This document shows, in pieces, positions 17,428 through 27,716 of a stretch of 58,793 nt of DNA. The position numbers and the translations under genes are program-made. The stretch lies in the NCBI GenBank assembly GCA_003241595.1, contig QFOU01000002.1, forward strand, positions 1 to 58,793. The letters are read 5' to 3'. The DNA comes from Pseudomonas fluorescens (lineage in GTDB: Bacteria; Pseudomonadota; Alphaproteobacteria; UBA2136; UBA6156). The notes beneath the pieces were generated by a model that did not search any database, was not told the DNA's origin, and was given only the letters and a program-made list of their open reading frames with translations. Each line of letters starts with the position of its first letter. Position 1 is the stretch's first letter.

Positions 17428-18411
17428 ATGGCACCGGTTCATTCTCGCATTTCCTCTCGAATTACGCCTGTGAATGCGCAGCCTACGGTGAAGAACCTTG
17501 TGAACTTCACCGACGAACGCGCAGGCTTAGGCCGACAACTTGTTAATGAAGATCGTGCGGTCTTCCTCCAGACCAACCGCGGCCCCGTGGCGATGTCGAT
17601 TGACGGTATCACCGCCTTTACCGACTGGCGGGCAGAAATGCAGCGGCATCGCATTACAGCAGCCAGCCTTGCGGCGGAAACCGCTAAGAATGTGGCCAGC
17701 ATGATGCGGCCGGGGCTCACTTTTCCGGAGTTTTTGAATGATCTTTCGCATGCTCTGGAGCAAGTGCGGGTGACGTTCAAGGTTCCGGACAATGAAATCC
17801 TCGGGTTTGTACTGTCGGTCTACATTCCGTGGGAAGGCGAGCATGGCGGTTTCTGGCAGATCGGCGATTGTGGTTACGGCTACAGTTACACCGCAGATGA
17901 CGGCACCGAGCACTGGGTGGATAGCTTGAACGGCCAATTGGCCGAGAACAGTGACGACGCCAACCTGCGTGCCGAGATTCTTGAGCGCGAGCTTAAAAAA
18001 CTGGGCCTGTGGGATGCTTATCCGAACATTGATGACGCGATTCTGGCTAAACTGGCTAAGGATGCGTGGGACCAGATGCATGCTGCCCGCGTCGCCAAGA
18101 GCTTGCGCGAGCACAGCTATGATTGGCTGCGTTCGGCAGAAGGTTTGGCCGAGAAGTCGAAGCCCGTTCACTTACTGACACATCGCCCTAACCGGATCGT
18201 GACAGTTTCGGACGGGTGGGAGCGGGTACCGCGCACACTAGAAGAAGGTTTGCGTGACCATGCGCGCTGGCAGGAACAGGACCCCCTGGTGATCGGTCGC
18301 AATGACGACGATCTGAAAGCGGCCAAGGGCTACATGGCCTTTGATGGTAAGCGCAATAAATATCTGGATGACGTGACGTTTGTAGGCTTTGACTACGATT
18401 ACACCACGTAA
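17428..18411 (+). CDS. Hypothetical 327-aa protein, possibly a divergent PP2C/PPM-like fold
   Basis: Good ORF with a GGAG SD. Weak PPM-like blocks are SIDGITAF, QIGDCGYGYS, VTVSDGWERV and YLDDVTFVGF. The function call is tentative. Confidence 0.5.
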   Translation: MAPVHSRISSRITPVNAQPTVKNLVNFTDERAGLGRQLVNEDRAVFLQTNRGPVAMSIDGITAFTDWRAEMQRHRITAASLAAETAKNVASMMRPGLTFPEFLNDLSHALEQVRVTFKVPDNEILGFVLSVYIPWEGEHGGFWQIGDCGYGYSYTADDGTEHWVDSLNGQLAENSDDANLRAEILERELKKLGLWDAYPNIDDAILAKLAKDAWDQMHAARVAKSLREHSYDWLRSAEGLAEKSKPVHLLTHRPNRIVTVSDGWERVPRTLEEGLRDHARWQEQDPLVIGRNDDDLKAAKGYMAFDGKRNKYLDDVTFVGFDYDYTT

Positions 18412-18430
18412 CGTTCCCTTTGAATGAAGA

Positions 18431-18459
18431 AGGCCCCCTGCTGATGCGGGGGCCTTTTT
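18431..18459. terminator. Bidirectional intrinsic terminator (327-aa gene / atpG)
   Basis: GGCCCCCtgctgatgcGGGGGCC followed by ttttt. Confidence 0.75.
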
Positions 18460-18473
18460 GTGCTGAGTGGAAG

Positions 18474-19343
18474 CTAGAGCGCTTCGGCACCCGAGATGAT
18501 CTCGATGAGCTCTTTGGTAATGGCGGCCTGGCGCGAGCGGTTGTACTGCACGGAGAGGCGCTGGATCATTTCGCCCGCGTTACGGGTGGCGGAATCCATG
18601 GCGGTCATACGGGCGGCTTGCTCGGATGCGGCGCTTTCCAGCAGGGCCGTGAAGACCTGCATGTTCAGGTTGAGCGGCAGGAGGTGCTCCAGCACGGTCT
18701 CTTCCGACGGTTCGAACTCTGGAGCGGAGGCGACGATGCCGCCTTCCGGACGCTCCGGCTTGGCGAAAGGAATAAGTTGGTGGGTCACCGGCGACTGGGT
18801 AAGCATGTTGACCATTTGCGAGGACATCAGGTGCACTTCATCAAGGTCGCCCTTGTTGAACTGTTCCAGCATTTCCTGTGCGATGGTTTGGGCGTGGGCG
18901 AATTCCACATTGCGGCCCATGTCGGTGTAGCTTTTGATCATCTGCTCGGCAAAGCTGGATTTGAAGCCGGCTTCGATCTTGCGGCCGACGGCCACGAGGC
19001 GCACGGTTTGGCCGGCGGCTTCGCGGGTTTCGATCCATTTGGATGCGGCCTTGAGCAGGTTGCTGTTCAGACCACCGCAGAGGCCACGGTCGGATCCGCA
19101 GACCACCAGGGCCACGGTTTTGACGCTTTTGCGGCCGGTCAGCAGCAGCGGGGCAGAGTTGTCGGCACCCACGGCGATATTACCGAGAATATTGGCAAGG
19201 TGAGCGGCGTAGGGGCGCGCATTTTCGACCGCCGTACGGGCGCGGCGCACCTTGGCGGCGGCGACCATCTTCATGGTTTTAGTGATCTGGCGCGTGTTTT
19301 TGACGCTCTTGATACGGCTACGGAGGGCTTTTAAGCTAGGCAT
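18474..19343 (-). CDS. atpG: F1 ATP synthase gamma subunit
   Basis: MPSLKALRSRIKSVKNTRQITKTMKMVAAAKVRRA and C-terminal ITKELIEIISGAEAL. Confidence 0.93.
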   Translation of the reverse strand: MPSLKALRSRIKSVKNTRQITKTMKMVAAAKVRRARTAVENARPYAAHLANILGNIAVGADNSAPLLLTGRKSVKTVALVVCGSDRGLCGGLNSNLLKAASKWIETREAAGQTVRLVAVGRKIEAGFKSSFAEQMIKSYTDMGRNVEFAHAQTIAQEMLEQFNKGDLDEVHLMSSQMVNMLTQSPVTHQLIPFAKPERPEGGIVASAPEFEPSEETVLEHLLPLNLNMQVFTALLESAASEQAARMTAMDSATRNAGEMIQRLSVQYNRSRQAAITKELIEIISGAEAL

Positions 19344-19498
19344 GCGCTTTTATTAACGTGTTGCGTAGGTTGTGTCCAGCATTTGGTGGGATTTGAACGG
19401 CTGTTTATTACGCTGTGCTTACACCATGAGTGCCGTGCGCAGGGATGCGTTTGGCCCGCGCGTTATGGGGGTGTTCAACAACAAAAGGAGTGAACACC

Positions 19499-19879
19499 AT
19501 GACTGCCACGACCACGACCGCAGCGAAGCCTTCGTCTGCCAAAAAGACCGCCATGTACGCCGCGCTGGGTGCCGGTTTTCTGGTGTTACCGTTTGCCTTG
19601 CCGACCGAGGCCAAGGCCGATGACTTCAAGATCAGCCTGAATCTGGGCGGCCCTTCCGGCTACTATTACCAGCCGCCGGTACGTGTGGTGAACTACCACC
19701 CTGCCCCGCAGCGCATCGTGTATGTGAACGGCCCACGCCACACCTATTACCATAGCCGCCCCGTGTACCGTGAGCGGGTTGTTTACCGTGATTACCGCGG
19801 CCACCCGGGCAAGGGCCATGGACATGGCCACGGGCGCGACCGTTGGGACGACCGCGGACATCGTCAGGCATGGCGCTAG
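19499..19879 (+). CDS. Secreted Tyr/Arg/His-rich protein (126 aa)
   Basis: AAAAGGAG SD precedes the start. N-terminal hydrophobic region ...AALGAGFLVLPFALPTEAKA. C-terminus GHPGKGHGHGHGRDRWDDRGH. Confidence 0.55.
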   Translation: MTATTTTAAKPSSAKKTAMYAALGAGFLVLPFALPTEAKADDFKISLNLGGPSGYYYQPPVRVVNYHPAPQRIVYVNGPRHTYYHSRPVYRERVVYRDYRGHPGKGHGHGHGRDRWDDRGHRQAWR

Positions 19880-19913
19880 GACTTAGCCCCCGGCCTTCTC
19901 TGAGCTGATATGC

Positions 19914-19940
19914 GAAACGGCCCCTGATGGGGCCGTTTTT
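19914..19940. terminator. Intrinsic terminator (strong on +, weaker on - for atpA)
   Basis: AACGGCCCCtgatGGGGCCGTT followed by ttt. Confidence 0.75.
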
Positions 19941-19955
19941 GCAGATTCAGAAGGA

Positions 19956-21593
19956 TTACTTCTTGGCCTTACCCTTGGCAACCTTGACAGCAGCTTCGGT
20001 GGTGGTGGCGTCCTTCTTGGTTTCGGTACCTTTGGCACGACGGCCGAGAGTCGTGTCGTTAGGGTCGAAGGAGGTTTTTACGCTGGCGAGCGCGGCCTTG
20101 AGTTCTTCTTCGAACTCGGCAGTCAGTTCGCCCTTGGCTTCGATACCGTCGAGGAGACGGGCGTAGCTGCTGCGGAGGATCTCCAGCATGTGGGCTTCGA
20201 AGATGGTGACGTGCTTCGGCTCGATGTCATCGAGGTAGCCTTTGGTACCGGCGTAGATGCCAACAACCTGCTCGGATACGCGCAGCGGCTGGTATTGCTT
20301 TTGCTTGAGCAGCTCGGTGAGGCGTTCGCCCTTGGCCAGCAGCTTGCGGGTGGAGGCGTCGAGATCGCTGGCGAACTGGCTGAAGGCGGCCATTTCGCGG
20401 TATTGGGCGAGGTCGAGGCGCATGGTACCGGCGAGCTTTTTCATTGCCTTGGTTTGAGCAGCACCACCCACGCGAGACACGGACAGACCCACGTTAATGG
20501 CCGGGCGTACGCCGGAGTAGAAGAGGTCGGATTCCAGGAAGATCTGGCCATCGGTGATCGAGATCACGTTGGTCGGGATATAGGCCGAGACGTCGCCCGC
20601 TTGGGTTTCGATGATCGGCAGAGCGGTCAAGGAACCACCGCCCAGTTCGTCGGACAGTTTGGCGGCACGCTCCAGCAGGCGGCTGTGGAGGTAGAACACG
20701 TCGCCGGGGTAGGCTTCGCGGCCCGGAGGACGACGCAGCAGCAGGGACATTTGGCGGTAGGCTACGGCTTGCTTGGACAGGTCATCGTACACGATGAGGG
20801 CGTGCATGCCGTTGTCGCGGAAGTATTCGGCCATGGCGCAACCGGCGTATGGTGCGATGAACTGCATGGGGGCCGGATCGGAGGCGGTTGCGGCAACCAC
20901 GATGGTGTATTCGAGGGCGCCGGCGGCACGGAGTTTTTCAACCACCTGCGCGACGGTGGAGCGCTTTTGACCGATAGCGACGTACACGCAGTAGACCGGC
21001 TTGTCGGTTTTGTGGGTGGCGGCCTGGTTGATGATGGCGTCGATGGCGACAGCGGTCTTACCGGTCTGGCGGTCGCCGATGATCAGCTCACGCTGGCCAC
21101 GGCCGACGGGCACGAGGGCGTCGATGGCTTTGAGGCCGGTTTGCAGCGGCTCGTGTACGCTCTTACGGGCGATAATGCCGGGGGCGATGACTTCGACCTT
21201 GGCGGTTTGCTTGGACTTGATCGGGCCACGGCCATCGATGGCGTTACCGAGACCATCGACCACACGGCCGAGAAGCTCTTTACCGGTAGGTACGGAAACG
21301 ATCTCGTTAGAGCGCTTGACCAGATCGCCTTCCTTGATGGAGCGGTCGTCGCCGAAAATAACGACACCGACGTGGTCTTCATCGAGGTTGAGGGCCATAC
21401 CCTGAATGTTGCCGGGGAAGGTCACCATTTCGCCAGCCTGCACACCGGCCAGGCCGTGTACGCGGGCTACACCGTCACCGACCGACAGAACCTGACCGGC
21501 TTCTTCCGGCTTGGCGTCGGTACTGAACGCAGCGATTTGATCCTTAAGAACCTTGGTGACTTCCGAGGCGCGGAGGGTTTCGTTACTGGACAT
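19956..21593 (-). CDS. atpA: F1 ATP synthase alpha subunit with a Lys-rich C-terminal tail of about 30 aa
   Basis: Walker [14 protein letters not shown]. 545 aa. The tail is [28 protein letters not shown]. Confidence 0.95.
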   Translation of the reverse strand: MSSNETLRASEVTKVLKDQIAAFSTDAKPEEAGQVLSVGDGVARVHGLAGVQAGEMVTFPGNIQGMALNLDEDHVGVVIFGDDRSIKEGDLVKRSNEIVSVPTGKELLGRVVDGLGNAIDGRGPIKSKQTAKVEVIAPGIIARKSVHEPLQTGLKAIDALVPVGRGQRELIIGDRQTGKTAVAIDAIINQAATHKTDKPVYCVYVAIGQKRSTVAQVVEKLRAAGALEYTIVVAATASDPAPMQFIAPYAGCAMAEYFRDNGMHALIVYDDLSKQAVAYRQMSLLLRRPPGREAYPGDVFYLHSRLLERAAKLSDELGGGSLTALPIIETQAGDVSAYIPTNVISITDGQIFLESDLFYSGVRPAINVGLSVSRVGGAAQTKAMKKLAGTMRLDLAQYREMAAFSQFASDLDASTRKLLAKGERLTELLKQKQYQPLRVSEQVVGIYAGTKGYLDDIEPKHVTIFEAHMLEILRSSYARLLDGIEAKGELTAEFEEELKAALASVKTSFDPNDTTLGRRAKGTETKKDATTTEAAVKVAKGKAKK

Positions 21594-21637
21594 GGTCTTC
21601 TCCCTATAAACTCTCTAAATATTACTAACTATGGAAA

Positions 21638-22192
21638 CTATTGCTTGTGGCTTTGAGCGATCGCCGCACGCAGACGGGTGCTGAGGCGAGCCAGTTGGCC
21701 GGCCAGCGAGGCATCCCACACCTTACCACCGAAGAAGGCACGGAAACCGCCTTGCAGGCTGGCGTCCACCGTTTCATCCAGACGGATGCCGGAGGATTTG
21801 GTGTGCTTCTTGATGAGTTCGGAAATCTGGGTACGCTGGGCATCGGTGAGCGGAGCGGCGCTGGACACACGGACGTGGGTGATTCCGGCGGCGGTATCGT
21901 TCAGCTCGAGGTAGTGGCTGAGAACCTCGGGCACCAGGGCCAGACGGTTGCTTTTGGCGAGCAGGCCGAGGGTGTTGGCCAACGGAGCCGGTGCCTTGAC
22001 CGCTTTGGCCATGGAGGTCGCGAAGCTCGCGCGTTGGCTGGCGGACAGCAGCGGGTTGGCGAGGGCTGCGGCGACGGACTCTTCAGCGATACCGGCTTGG
22101 AGTGCGGTTACAGCTTGCGTCACAGTGTCCTGTTGCTTGCCTTCGGTAGCAAGGGCAAACAGAGCGTTGGCGTAGCGGCTGGAAGCGGTCAT
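21638..22192 (-). CDS. atpH: F1 ATP synthase delta (OSCP) subunit
   Basis: 184 aa directly upstream of atpA. The start SRYANALFALA and overall layout are typical of OSCP. Confidence 0.85.
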   Translation of the reverse strand: MTASSRYANALFALATEGKQQDTVTQAVTALQAGIAEESVAAALANPLLSASQRASFATSMAKAVKAPAPLANTLGLLAKSNRLALVPEVLSHYLELNDTAAGITHVRVSSAAPLTDAQRTQISELIKKHTKSSGIRLDETVDASLQGGFRAFFGGKVWDASLAGQLARLSTRLRAAIAQSHKQ

Positions 22193-22320
22193 GCGGGTGT
22201 TTTCCCCTCAAAAATCTCGTTATCTTTTCTGTTCACCTTAGGGGTCTAACCTCCTAGGACTGGCGGCTTTTTGGCATGACCGGGGGGTCGTGTCAAGGAT
22301 GCGCATACTCTATAAAGAGG

Positions 22321-22749
22321 TTACCAGCTTCCGGTATTGGCCATGGATGCCCAAGGTTCGGCCAGTGGCAAGCGTGCGCCTTTTTGCAGCAGCTCGATCG
22401 AGATGCCATCCGGCGTACGGACGAAGGCCATGTGGCCATCGCGCGGGGGGCGGTTGATGGTAATGCCGTTATCACTCAGTTTTTGGCAGAGGGCGTAGAT
22501 ATCGTCGACCTCGTACGCCAGGTGTCCGAAGCTGCGGCCACCGGCGTAGGCTTCGGTGTTATCCCAGTTATGGGTCAGCTCGACCTGCGCGGATTCGTCT
22601 CCGGGGGCGGCGAGGAAGATGAGTGTAAAGCGGCCGGCCTCGTTTTCGATGCGCTTCACTTCCTGCAGGCCCAGCAGGCTGAAGAAGGCGATGGTGGCCT
22701 CGGGGTTGAGCACGCGGACCATGGTGTGGAGGTATTTCATTTTGGGCAT
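22321..22749 (-). CDS. gloA: Lactoylglutathione lyase (glyoxalase I)
   Basis: MKYLHTMVRV...ELTHNWD...GHLAYEV...FVRTPDGISIELLQ. The start may be at 22740. Confidence 0.8.
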   Translation of the reverse strand: MPKMKYLHTMVRVLNPEATIAFFSLLGLQEVKRIENEAGRFTLIFLAAPGDESAQVELTHNWDNTEAYAGGRSFGHLAYEVDDIYALCQKLSDNGITINRPPRDGHMAFVRTPDGISIELLQKGARLPLAEPWASMANTGSW

Positions 22750-22786
22750 CTCCTTCTATTAGAATAGTAGCGGGGCGAGTTGTGGC

Positions 22787-23920
22787 ATGGTAGGAAATGA
22801 AGTGTCAAGAAAGCTGCCCGTGATGACTGAAACCACCAATCTTCCACCACAACCGCCTGAAGGGCATCCGCGCCCCCGCCCCTCGGATAAAGTAGGTGTG
22901 GTACTTGTCAATTTAGGCACCCCGGACGGCACCGATTACTGGAGTGTGCGGCGCTACCTGAAAGAGTTTTTGAGCGACCCGCGGGTGATTGAGGTGCCAA
23001 AGGTGGTGTGGTGGTTCATTTTGAACATTATCATCCTCACCTTCCGTCCGAAGAAGAGCGGGCATGCCTATGAACAGATTTGGGATAAGGCGCATAACGC
23101 CAGCCCGTTGCGCGTGATCACGGAACAGCAGGTTGAGGCCTTGCAAGCGCGTTTGGGCGACGATGTACTTGTGAGCCACGGCATGCGTTACGGCAACCCG
23201 AGTTTAGCCCATGCCATGCATGAGATGGTGCAGACGGGGATTCGCAAAATTCTGGTGGCGCCGCTCTACCCACAGTATTCCGCGGCAACCACGGCGACGG
23301 TGGTGGATAAGATCGGCGACTGGATGAAAGTGCAGCGCTGGCAACCGACATTGCGTTATCTGCCACCTTATTATGATCATCCGGCCTATATAGAGGCGTT
23401 GCGGATGAGTATTCAAGACAAGCTTGCCAGTATGCCGCGCAAGCCGGATCTGATCGTGGCGAGTTTCCATGGATTACCGCTGGTGAATTGCCAGAAAGGC
23501 GATGTGTACTACTGCCATAGCCACAAGACCGCACGGTTACTGGCGGAGAGCTTGGGTGCCGCATTCTTGAAATCGCCGGACGAGTTAGATCATCTGGTGA
23601 GCAAGGGCCGCAAGGATATGCCGCCGGTGTTCATGGCTTTCCAGAGCCGGTTTGGTGCGCAGGAGTGGTTGAAGCCCTACTTTGCCGTGGCGGTTGAAGA
23701 GCTGCCGAAGCGCGGCGTGAAGAATATTCTGGTGGTGTGCCCCGGGTTCTCGGCCGATTGTGTGGAAACGCTGGAGGAGATCGCCATTGGGGGCAAAGAA
23801 AGCTTTATGGAAGCCGGGGGTACGGATTATGACGTGGTACCGTGCCTGAACGCCAGCGACTACGGCATGGATATGCTGGAGGGCCTGGTGGAGATGGAAC
23901 TGATGGGTTGGAAGGAATAG
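22787..23920 (+). CDS. hemH: Ferrochelatase
   Basis: Motifs VVLVNLGTPD, PLYPQYS and SFHGLP. The exact start is uncertain (22787 or 22823). Confidence 0.9.
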   Translation: MVGNEVSRKLPVMTETTNLPPQPPEGHPRPRPSDKVGVVLVNLGTPDGTDYWSVRRYLKEFLSDPRVIEVPKVVWWFILNIIILTFRPKKSGHAYEQIWDKAHNASPLRVITEQQVEALQARLGDDVLVSHGMRYGNPSLAHAMHEMVQTGIRKILVAPLYPQYSAATTATVVDKIGDWMKVQRWQPTLRYLPPYYDHPAYIEALRMSIQDKLASMPRKPDLIVASFHGLPLVNCQKGDVYYCHSHKTARLLAESLGAAFLKSPDELDHLVSKGRKDMPPVFMAFQSRFGAQEWLKPYFAVAVEELPKRGVKNILVVCPGFSADCVETLEEIAIGGKESFMEAGGTDYDVVPCLNASDYGMDMLEGLVEMELMGWKE

Positions 23921-23928
23921 CCTGCTCC

Positions 23929-24693
23929 ATGCGCCTTGCGAGTTGGAATATTAACGGCCTGCGTTCGTGCCTTGGTAAAGGGTTGCACGACTGGTTGGTG
24001 AAGGAGCGCATTGAGATCGCGTGTTTTCAGGAAGTGAAAACCCCCCTCGCCCTGTTGGAGACCATGGCAATTGAGGGTTATACCGCTTATTGGCATGCGG
24101 CGGAGAAGCCCGGGTACAGTGGCACCGCGATTTTGGTGGCGCCGCATATTCAGGTATTGAATGTGACGTACGGCATGGGTGTGCCGGAGATCGACCGTGA
24201 GGGGCGCGTACTGACGCTGGAGACGCCCGACTTTTATTTAGTGAACATGTACGCGCCGCATTCTCAGCGTGAGTTGGCGCGGTTGGGGTTTAAATTAGAC
24301 TACTGTGTGGCGGCGAATGCGTATCTGGCCACGTTACAGGCCACGGGTAAGCCGGTGATTGTGACCGGCGACTTGAACGTGGCGCACAAGGACATTGATC
24401 TGGCCAACCCGAAGGCGAATAAGAAGAATGCCGGATTCTTGCCCGAGGAGCGCGCGTGGGTGGACCAGCTTGAGGGCATGGGGTTTACCGATGCGTTCCG
24501 ACACTTTTGCAAGGACGGTGGCCATTATACGTGGTGGAGTCAACGGATTGGGGTGCGCGAGAAGAACGTGGGGTGGCGGATTGATTACTTCCTTGCCGAT
24601 AAGGAAATTCTGTCACGCGTGACGTCGTGTTTTCATCAGCCACTGCAGCGGGGGAGCGACCATTGCCCGGTGATTTTGGAGCTGGCTAGCTAA
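23929..24693 (+). CDS. xthA: Exodeoxyribonuclease III
   Basis: Motifs MRLASWNINGLRS, CFQEVK, GDLNVAH and SDHCPV. Internal Met of the track ORF. Confidence 0.9.
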   Translation: MRLASWNINGLRSCLGKGLHDWLVKERIEIACFQEVKTPLALLETMAIEGYTAYWHAAEKPGYSGTAILVAPHIQVLNVTYGMGVPEIDREGRVLTLETPDFYLVNMYAPHSQRELARLGFKLDYCVAANAYLATLQATGKPVIVTGDLNVAHKDIDLANPKANKKNAGFLPEERAWVDQLEGMGFTDAFRHFCKDGGHYTWWSQRIGVREKNVGWRIDYFLADKEILSRVTSCFHQPLQRGSDHCPVILELAS

Positions 24694-24695
24694 AC

Positions 24696-24724
24696 GAAAA
24701 AGGCCGCATGGAGCGGCCTTTTTG
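24696..24724. terminator. Bidirectional intrinsic terminator
   Basis: aaaaAGGCCGCatggaGCGGCCTtttt. Confidence 0.75.
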
Positions 24725-24743
24725 TATCGTGAATGCAGAGCTA

Positions 24744-25295
24744 TCAAGCAATGGCGCGAGCACCCAAGAGCGTGCGGCTGTCGCGTATTTGACCACGGCG
24801 CTCTTCCATCGCTTTGGAGAGGTTGACATCGTAGAGGTGGGCTGCGGCAAGAACCCAGCGGACGATTGCGACCACGGCGAGGTGGACGTCCGGCAGATCC
24901 TTTTCCATGTGCTCGTATTTATCGAGGTAGTTATTCAGATCTCCGTTGGCGGCGCCAAGGACAGTTATCACCGAATCCTGAGTAAGGGCGGGGATGGTCT
25001 TACCGATCTCGTCCGCGAGGTTGATGTTGAGCGCATTGGCGGCGCCAAGAGCGATCAGGGCGGCATCGGTCACCGTTTTGCGTGCGGTGTCCGACGGAGC
25101 GGTGCCTTCCTTGCAGAAACGGCCGATGTATTTGCCGAAATGGAAGGAATCGTGGGCGAGGCGGCCGAATGTCATGCGGTTGGCGACATCCTTATGATAG
25201 CCGGCATCGTGGACGTTTTGCTCTTTCTGCCAGTAGATGAGCAGCTCGGTGTTGACGCGGATGGTTTTGGAATTGAGTCGTATGGCTGCGGACAT
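24744..25295 (-). CDS. Hypothetical 183-aa all-helical protein (faint MazG-like resemblance without the acidic motifs)
   Basis: Start at MSAAIRLNSK. The segment LAAAHLYDVNLSKAMEERRGQI resembles MazG-type C-terminal helices. Weak call. Confidence 0.5.
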   Translation of the reverse strand: MSAAIRLNSKTIRVNTELLIYWQKEQNVHDAGYHKDVANRMTFGRLAHDSFHFGKYIGRFCKEGTAPSDTARKTVTDAALIALGAANALNINLADEIGKTIPALTQDSVITVLGAANGDLNNYLDKYEHMEKDLPDVHLAVVAIVRWVLAAAHLYDVNLSKAMEERRGQIRDSRTLLGARAIA

Positions 25296-25458
25296 GCAAG
25301 ACTCCCAGGTGAAGGGTTGGAGATACAACTTATGGGGCGAGCATAGACTATAAAGTATACAAGTCAAGCGTTTTACCCCTAGCCAAGCCGAGCGATCCGA
25401 CCTATAGCCTTAAGTAATCTGAATTTTTAGTTTCAACTCTGGCCCCATGGAGACTGCG

Positions 25459-25794
25459 ATGGGTGAACGAGATAATCTGAATGTTCTTCCGATTTTGGAA
25501 GGTGAAATTTTACCGCCGGAGCTTGATACCGATACAACCGTGATCGTGATTGTGGCGGGAGACAGTCATCCTCATGCTTTGCACATGATGGCCATCATGG
25601 AACGTATAGGGCTATTCGATGTACGTCCGCAGGGCATCGACATTGTACTTGAAGCTCCGGTTATACCACCGGTGCCGCCAGAACCGCTCCTGTTACGGGA
25701 TATAGCTGCCCCGCCCCTGCGCGAGCAAGAGCAGCAATGGGCCCAAGACCGGTTTGGGCGTCCGCACCGGAGCCGCTCTCGGCGGCGCAAGTAA
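25459..25794 (+). CDS. Hypothetical 111-aa protein with Pro-rich segment and Arg-rich C-terminus
   Basis: The ATG lies 5 nt after GGAGA. The protein ends RFGRPHRSRSRRRK. Confidence 0.45.
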   Translation: MGERDNLNVLPILEGEILPPELDTDTTVIVIVAGDSHPHALHMMAIMERIGLFDVRPQGIDIVLEAPVIPPVPPEPLLLRDIAAPPLREQEQQWAQDRFGRPHRSRSRRRK

Positions 25795-25801
25795 GGAGGG
25801 A

Positions 25802-25996
25802 ATGATGTATCTGACTTCGCCATTATTACGTTCGTGGGCCGTCTCGTATCCGGATAAGACCGACCATTATGTGGTTGTGTCGTGTAGGGACACCGTACTG
25901 ACCACCTGCGGGCGCACTTTAAAAACGGGGAATGGCTTCATCATTCCGCCGCCCGAAGATGATTTTCGCGCGACGGGACTCCGTTATTACACCTGA
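25802..25996 (+). CDS. Hypothetical 64-aa protein coupled to the preceding ORF
   Basis: AAGGAGGG SD lies inside the end of the upstream ORF. A strong terminator follows. Confidence 0.4.
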   Translation: MMYLTSPLLRSWAVSYPDKTDHYVVVSCRDTVLTTCGRTLKTGNGFIIPPPEDDFRATGLRYYT

Positions 25997-26016
25997 GACG
26001 CAGATCGTCTTGCACA

Positions 26017-26048
26017 TAAAAAACCGCCCCGATGGGCGGTTTTTTTTA
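26017..26048. terminator. Bidirectional intrinsic terminator
   Basis: aaaaaACCGCCCcgatGGGCGGTtttttttt. Confidence 0.8.
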
Positions 26049-26057
26049 TGGCCTGAC

Positions 26058-26957
26058 CTAGCGGGACGGTTTGGGGTTGGCGGGGTCGGAGTAGTCGTAG
26101 AAGCCGCGTCCGGTTTTTTTACCGAGCCAGCCGGCATCCACGAACTTCACCAGCAGGGGGCACGGGCGGTATTTGCTGTCGCCCAATTCGTTGTGCAGCA
26201 CGCGCATGATGGCCACACAGGTATCCAGACCGATGAAGTCGGCCAATTGCAGCGGGCCCATGGGGTGACCAGCGCCGAGCTTCATGGCGGTGTCGATGCT
26301 GCGGACATCGGCCACGCCTTCCTGCAGGGCGTAGGAGGCTTCGTTCAGCATGGGCAACAGCAGGCGGTTGACGATGAAGCCGGGCACGTCTTCGGATGTC
26401 GCAACCGTTTTCCCCATTTTGTGGGCGACTTCGAGCACGCGCTCATACGTTTCCTGCGAGGTGGCGAGGCCGCGGATGATCTCGACCAGTGCCATCATCG
26501 GCACGGGGTTCATGAAGTGCAGGCCAATGAATTTTTCCGGACGGCTGGTAACCGCAGCCAGACGGGTGATGGAAATGGACGAAGTGTTGGAGGCGATGAT
26601 GCACTTCTTCTGCGCGATGCCGTCGATCTCTTTAAAGATCTTCTTTTTGATTTCTTCGTTCTCGGTGGCGGCTTCGATGATCAGGTCGCAGTCGGCGAGG
26701 TCGGCGGTTTTGGTGGAGGTGTTGAGGCGTTTTTCGGCGGCCTTTTTATCGGCTTCGGACATCGCGCCTTTCTGGATCTGGCGTTCCATGTTCTTGGCGA
26801 TGGTGCCGAGGGCTTTTTCGAGTGAGGCAGGATTGACATCGACCATGGTGACCTTGAAGCCGTTTTGAGCGGCGACGTGGGCGATACCGTTCCCCATCTG
26901 GCCGGCACCGACGATACCGATATGATTGATCTCTGAGACCGATTTAACCTTGGCCAT
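26058..26957 (-). CDS. hbd: 3-hydroxybutyryl-CoA / 3-hydroxyacyl-CoA dehydrogenase
   Basis: NAD-binding motif [14 protein letters not shown]. 299 aa from MAKVKSV. Confidence 0.88.
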   Translation of the reverse strand: MAKVKSVSEINHIGIVGAGQMGNGIAHVAAQNGFKVTMVDVNPASLEKALGTIAKNMERQIQKGAMSEADKKAAEKRLNTSTKTADLADCDLIIEAATENEEIKKKIFKEIDGIAQKKCIIASNTSSISITRLAAVTSRPEKFIGLHFMNPVPMMALVEIIRGLATSQETYERVLEVAHKMGKTVATSEDVPGFIVNRLLLPMLNEASYALQEGVADVRSIDTAMKLGAGHPMGPLQLADFIGLDTCVAIMRVLHNELGDSKYRPCPLLVKFVDAGWLGKKTGRGFYDYSDPANPKPSR

Positions 26958-27103
26958 GGGATATTCCCCTTCTTTGTTCGTTCTTATTTCTTGTGAGAAT
27001 TGGCGGGATGATGCCACGCCTTTTTATGGTTTACTAGGGGCTAAGGCGGCATTGGGACACCCTACCCTTTCCAGCGTGTTAAAATTGCTGTAGATGCTGA
27101 TAT

Positions 27104-27712
27104 ATGACCCGCACCGCACGTATCCTTCCTATTTTGTTACAACCGCATACCACCCTTTCGGCGGCCAGTGAGCCCGCTGCAGGTGCGACCACGGCTGTTC
27201 TGGAAACTCTGGAAAACATGCTGGCAACGCTGTACCGCGCCGATGGCGTCGGCTTGGCTGCACCACAAGTGAATGTGGCTGAGCGTTTGGTCGTGATGGA
27301 CCTGGGAGAGGAAGCGGCCGAGGGAAAACGCAACTTTACGGTGAAGAAGCCGAAATTCTATATTAATCCACGGATTATTTGGAGCAGCGAGGAAACCCGC
27401 ACCAAACAGGAAGGGTGTTTGAGTTTGCCCGGGCTTTGGGCGGATGTGGTGCGGCCCGCGCAGGTGACGGTGGAATATATTGACCGTGATGGTGCGTTGG
27501 TGGAAGAGACCGTGGACGGCTTGGAATCCGTGTGCATCCAGCATGAAATCGACCACTTGGATGGGGTATTGTTCACCCAGCGGTTGAGCAAATTGCGCCG
27601 CGATATTGCCATGGGAAAATGGGCCAAGTTGCGCAAGGATATTGTGAAGAATGGGGCCGAATTTGATGTGTTTGCACAAGAAGCTGGTTTAATTCCCGCC
27701 AAGGAGAAATAA
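27104..27712 (+). CDS. def: Peptide deformylase
   Basis: Motifs GVGLAAPQV, EGCLSLPG and QHEIDHLDG. Confidence 0.9.
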   Translation: MTRTARILPILLQPHTTLSAASEPAAGATTAVLETLENMLATLYRADGVGLAAPQVNVAERLVVMDLGEEAAEGKRNFTVKKPKFYINPRIIWSSEETRTKQEGCLSLPGLWADVVRPAQVTVEYIDRDGALVEETVDGLESVCIQHEIDHLDGVLFTQRLSKLRRDIAMGKWAKLRKDIVKNGAEFDVFAQEAGLIPAKEK

Positions 27713-27716
27713 GATT

